Shown one piece after another: positions 60,890-64,000 of a stretch of 64,000 nt of DNA. The stretch covers positions 46,996,001 through 47,060,000 of the forward strand of contig NW_026262593.1 of the NCBI RefSeq assembly GCF_021869535.1, given 5' to 3'. Source of the stretch: Mytilus californianus. Taxonomy: Eukaryota. The position numbers and the translations under genes are program-made. Under the pieces are notes generated by a model. That model did no database searches, was not told where the DNA came from, and was given only the letters and a program-made list of their open reading frames with translations. Position 1 is the first letter of the stretch, and each line of letters opens with the position of its first letter.

Positions 60890-61100
60890 GTGAGTTTGTT
60901 TATCTGTGTTTTACGACGCGATCAGCGACCTTGGCTATACAATTGCGGCCAGTTTCAATGGTTCGAGGAAGCTTGAATACCCAGAGAGAACCATCCATCT
61001 ACAACAGGAAAATTTGCAATCTTTGTCAATTAAGATCGAAGTCAAACACACCTCGCCACGACCGCGGTTCAAACTCACATCAGAGTTGACAAAATAGTGA
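60890..61100 (-). mobile_element. tRNA-SINE remnant, V-domain-like, reverse orientation
   Basis: The reverse complement has GAGTTTGAACCGCGGTCGTGGCGAGG and GGATGGTTCTCTCTGGGTATTCAAGCTTCCTC. Confidence 0.5.
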
Positions 61101-61370
61101 TAAATTAAGATAGAATACTTAGACAATTCGGCCGCCGAGGCTCGGTAAATATTGTCAATTCTCGATTATTGTTTGTGTTCTTTATGTGATCTGATATCTT
61201 TTTCCTGATTCAATCTTTATAAAGCTAGCTTCTACTTGATAGTATAGTACTACTACTGGTCCTGAACGCATATTCGTTTCAACCAATGAAATTTGTTTCA
61301 GAAGTTTTACATTCAACCTCGTTTAAGAGACAGCTGTATATTTATATTGATAATCCGACATTTAACCTAC

Positions 61371-61503
61371 CTGCCGTCTGAAAAGATCGTCTAGTTTGTG
61401 TTGTTGTTAAAATTTTTCTACTTCTCAAGAAATCTGCTATATGTGCTGTTGCAAAAGCCATGAAGGCAGCACATATATAAGGTATTGCAGATAGTGCACC
61501 ATT
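61371..61503 (-). CDS. SLC17-family transporter exon (TM8)
   Basis: Acceptor TTGCAG at 61505-61504 (phase 0), donor G|GTAGGT at 61370. NGALSAIPYICAAFMAFATAHIADFLRSRKILTTTQTRRSFQTA. Confidence 0.93.
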
Positions 61504-62261
61504 CTGCAAAATAAAAGAATATGTATTTGGCAAAAATGAAAACCCTGATGTGCGAACCAATTATAATACACACAAGACTGGATGCATGGTCGTGATAAGC
61601 ATACCCTACTCGTAATTTAAAGTACACGTTTCTATTCTGAATTCTATGTATAGGAAAAAATGGAGTAGGTGTCTTACAGATCCGAAAAACACTCACACTT
61701 TATAACTCATCACTGCTACTGACAAAATATGAAGCAATACTGTTTAGAAGTACTTGAGACGAGTGTGACACACGTTTTTTTAAAGTTCATTCAACCTATT
61801 AAACAATGAAAGTGTAGGTAAACAGAAGTTAGTGTTTGAACGATCTAAAAAAAAGTGGTCACACATTACAACTCATCACGCATAAGCTTCTGACCAAACA
61901 TGTAGTCTTTATGTTAATAATAACATAGTACCCGAGAAAATGCAACGGAAATATTTGTTGGATGAACAGAAGGAAAGAACAGACAAACAAGGTGCATGCA
62001 ATTTAGCTCCACTCCTTGTCGGGTGTAGAATAATATTATTTATTATACTTCATGTCAAAATGCCAGATTTTGATTGGTTGATACCAGGGAGACAATTTAC
62101 TCTATCCTAGTATGGTAAATACTCTATTACCTTTCACGGAGACGCTTGATCAAGTGTGCGCTTTATTAAATACGGATGGTTGTTATGTACAAGACATCAT
62201 AGTTTATTACTTTGAATTTGAAATTTAATAGACATTAATAACAGAACATTCAGTATAATAA

Positions 62262-62406
62262 ATTAAATAACACATATCTGAGAGGGTGACAGAGCAGATT
62301 GTTACGCCTCGAAAAGACATTGTCAACCTTGGCTTCGCCTCAGTTGACAATGTTTTCTCGGGGTAACAATCTGCTCTATCACCCTCTCAGCTATGTGTTA
62401 TTTATA
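62262..62406. mobile_element. Near-perfect palindromic MITE (about 60-bp arms)
   Basis: AATAACACATATCTGAGAGGGTGACAGAGCAGATTGTTAC...GACATTGTCAAC-loop-GTTGACAATG...GTAACAATCTGCTCTATCACCCTCTCAGCTATGTGTTATT. Confidence 0.8.
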
Positions 62407-62556
62407 TAATATCAAAGGTAAAGAACAGTTATAGTATTCATATTGTATATCTCGTATCTTATCCATTTATTTCAGATACAAAATCGCCTTACAATCAATT
62501 TGAACTTGAACTACATACAATCAGCGAGAAGAAAAAATAATGCACAAAAGTCTTAC

Positions 62557-62706
62557 AGCTTTTATGTCAAATTTTAAGACATGCTTCATAAATTCAGGAA
62601 GGCTTGTCCATATGGTATATATTCCCCAGTTACTACATGTATGTCCGATAATTATTGCCCACAGTGGTACAGATTTCGCCATGGCAACCCAGGGAACCTT
62701 TCCTGT
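62557..62706 (-). CDS. SLC17-family transporter exon (TM7); upstream exons lie beyond the window
   Basis: Acceptor TTGCAG at 62708-62707, donor GTAAGA at 62556. TGKVPWVAMAKSVPLWAIIIGHTCSNWGIYTIWTSLPEFMKHVLKFDIKA matches the VPW...S.PxWAI...NW..YT...LP..M..VL.F signature. Confidence 0.95.
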
Positions 62707-64000
62707 CTGCAAGTAGCAAAATCAAAGAAAAAAACTTAGATTAATTCTCTGTAACCTGATGAATAGAAAGGATATAAGATATTAAAATATTATAATTAGA
62801 AATAAATATATGAGTTTCAGAGCCATTATTTAGCGTAGTATTGTGGTAAATACGAACATTGTATTCACTTCAATTTAACATAAAATAGTAATAGGTTTAA
62901 CCTGGGACATAAAATATTGATTAGTCTAATAGTCCCAGGTTTAACCATGCAAGATTAGAATACTTGTTTATTTTGCATTCACTTAACTAGAGACACATTA
63001 TGTTAATATAAATAAGAAGATGTGGTATGAGTGCCAATTAGACAACTCTCCAACCAAGTCACATTGTATAAAATGTACAATGTATAATTTGTCTATAATC
63101 TTACGTAATTATTACATTTTGTCAGAGATAATCATTTGAACTTGAGATCTACAAACTTTAAGTATCGTTACACGATCATTGTCGAGGATATTTCAGTGTA
63201 TCTTTTCTATTTTTACCTCCTCTCGGAGATATAAAAACCAAAGATTTGCAATGTTAAAAATCGCGTGTATGAGAATTGCACGAGATATTCCATTTCTATA
63301 GCAATCTCAACTTCACGCCATCAGGATTTATGCCAAACTTTGACGAAAACTACATAAAATTACACTTCCAAATTATTGTCTTATTATGTTACATCGTAGA
63401 ATGTGTAGCGCATGATGTAGACGAGGTCGTAAGAGTGATGTGGTTGAGACTTGCTACATTGAACATGTATATCTCATGTTCTTTTTAATATCTATCATGT
63501 TGTGCATTCTACATGTCTAGCATTTTATTTTACAACTCACCCTTTTATTAGCATTATATTCAATATTTGTGACAATGTAATTCCTTTCTATTACGGTGAT
63601 TCTTGGATGATCATTCGGGGTGTCTCGGGTGAGGAAAAACCACAGAAAAACCCAGATCAAAGTCAAACCACCTTAAAAATATACAATTAACACAACAACC
63701 TTACTAAAATGAAATATAAAGTATCATTAAAAATTACTAAATTGTATAGCTTTAGATATCAATTATATCAAGTTTCGTTGACTTTGTAAATACCAACGGC
63801 CAGGCAAATTAAACCGTGAAAGAGCTAATTTTTAATACTATTATTTTTGATGTCACACAACATGAATTTCATATATAATTATTTATCCTCCAATCATGGA
63901 AATGATAGTATATGGATGCAATTATACACAAGATTTATGGTGGCGTACAAATACACGCGTGTTATGTAAAATCATATAAATCTACATCATAATATCCTAA

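Overview
AT-rich, intron-containing animal DNA. The repeat families, SINEs and gene content look like a bivalve mollusc, probably Mytilus-like (inference). I assembled five protein-coding genes by hand from splice sites and phase-consistent exons; most of these exons are invisible to the ORF track. (1) A NIT-domain transmembrane guanylate cyclase (minus, 454-6545, continuing off the left edge). (2) A divergent 206-aa TIMP-like secreted protein (minus, 12798-23493, 6 exons). (3) A secreted phospholipase A2 with an RVKR propeptide (minus, 26986-33683, 5 exons). (4) A DZIP3-type HEPN plus six-bladed beta-propeller protein (plus, 42731-47035, 4 exons). (5) The 3' half of an SLC17/sialin-like anion transporter (minus, 56376-62706, starting off the right edge). 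Non-coding space holds a 1.7-kb TIR element with CACYGTG ends and a 5-bp TSD (Transib/RAG-like), a 4.3-kb head-to-tail array of Helentron-like elements full of RFX/YY1-type motifs, hammerhead-ribozyme-bearing repeats, Penelope-like RT relics, tRNA-derived SINEs, MITEs, a 45-bp minisatellite and a mosaic local duplication at 35-41 kb. There are no rRNA genes, true tRNA genes or CRISPR arrays. All gene models and family assignments come from manual reading, not database searches.
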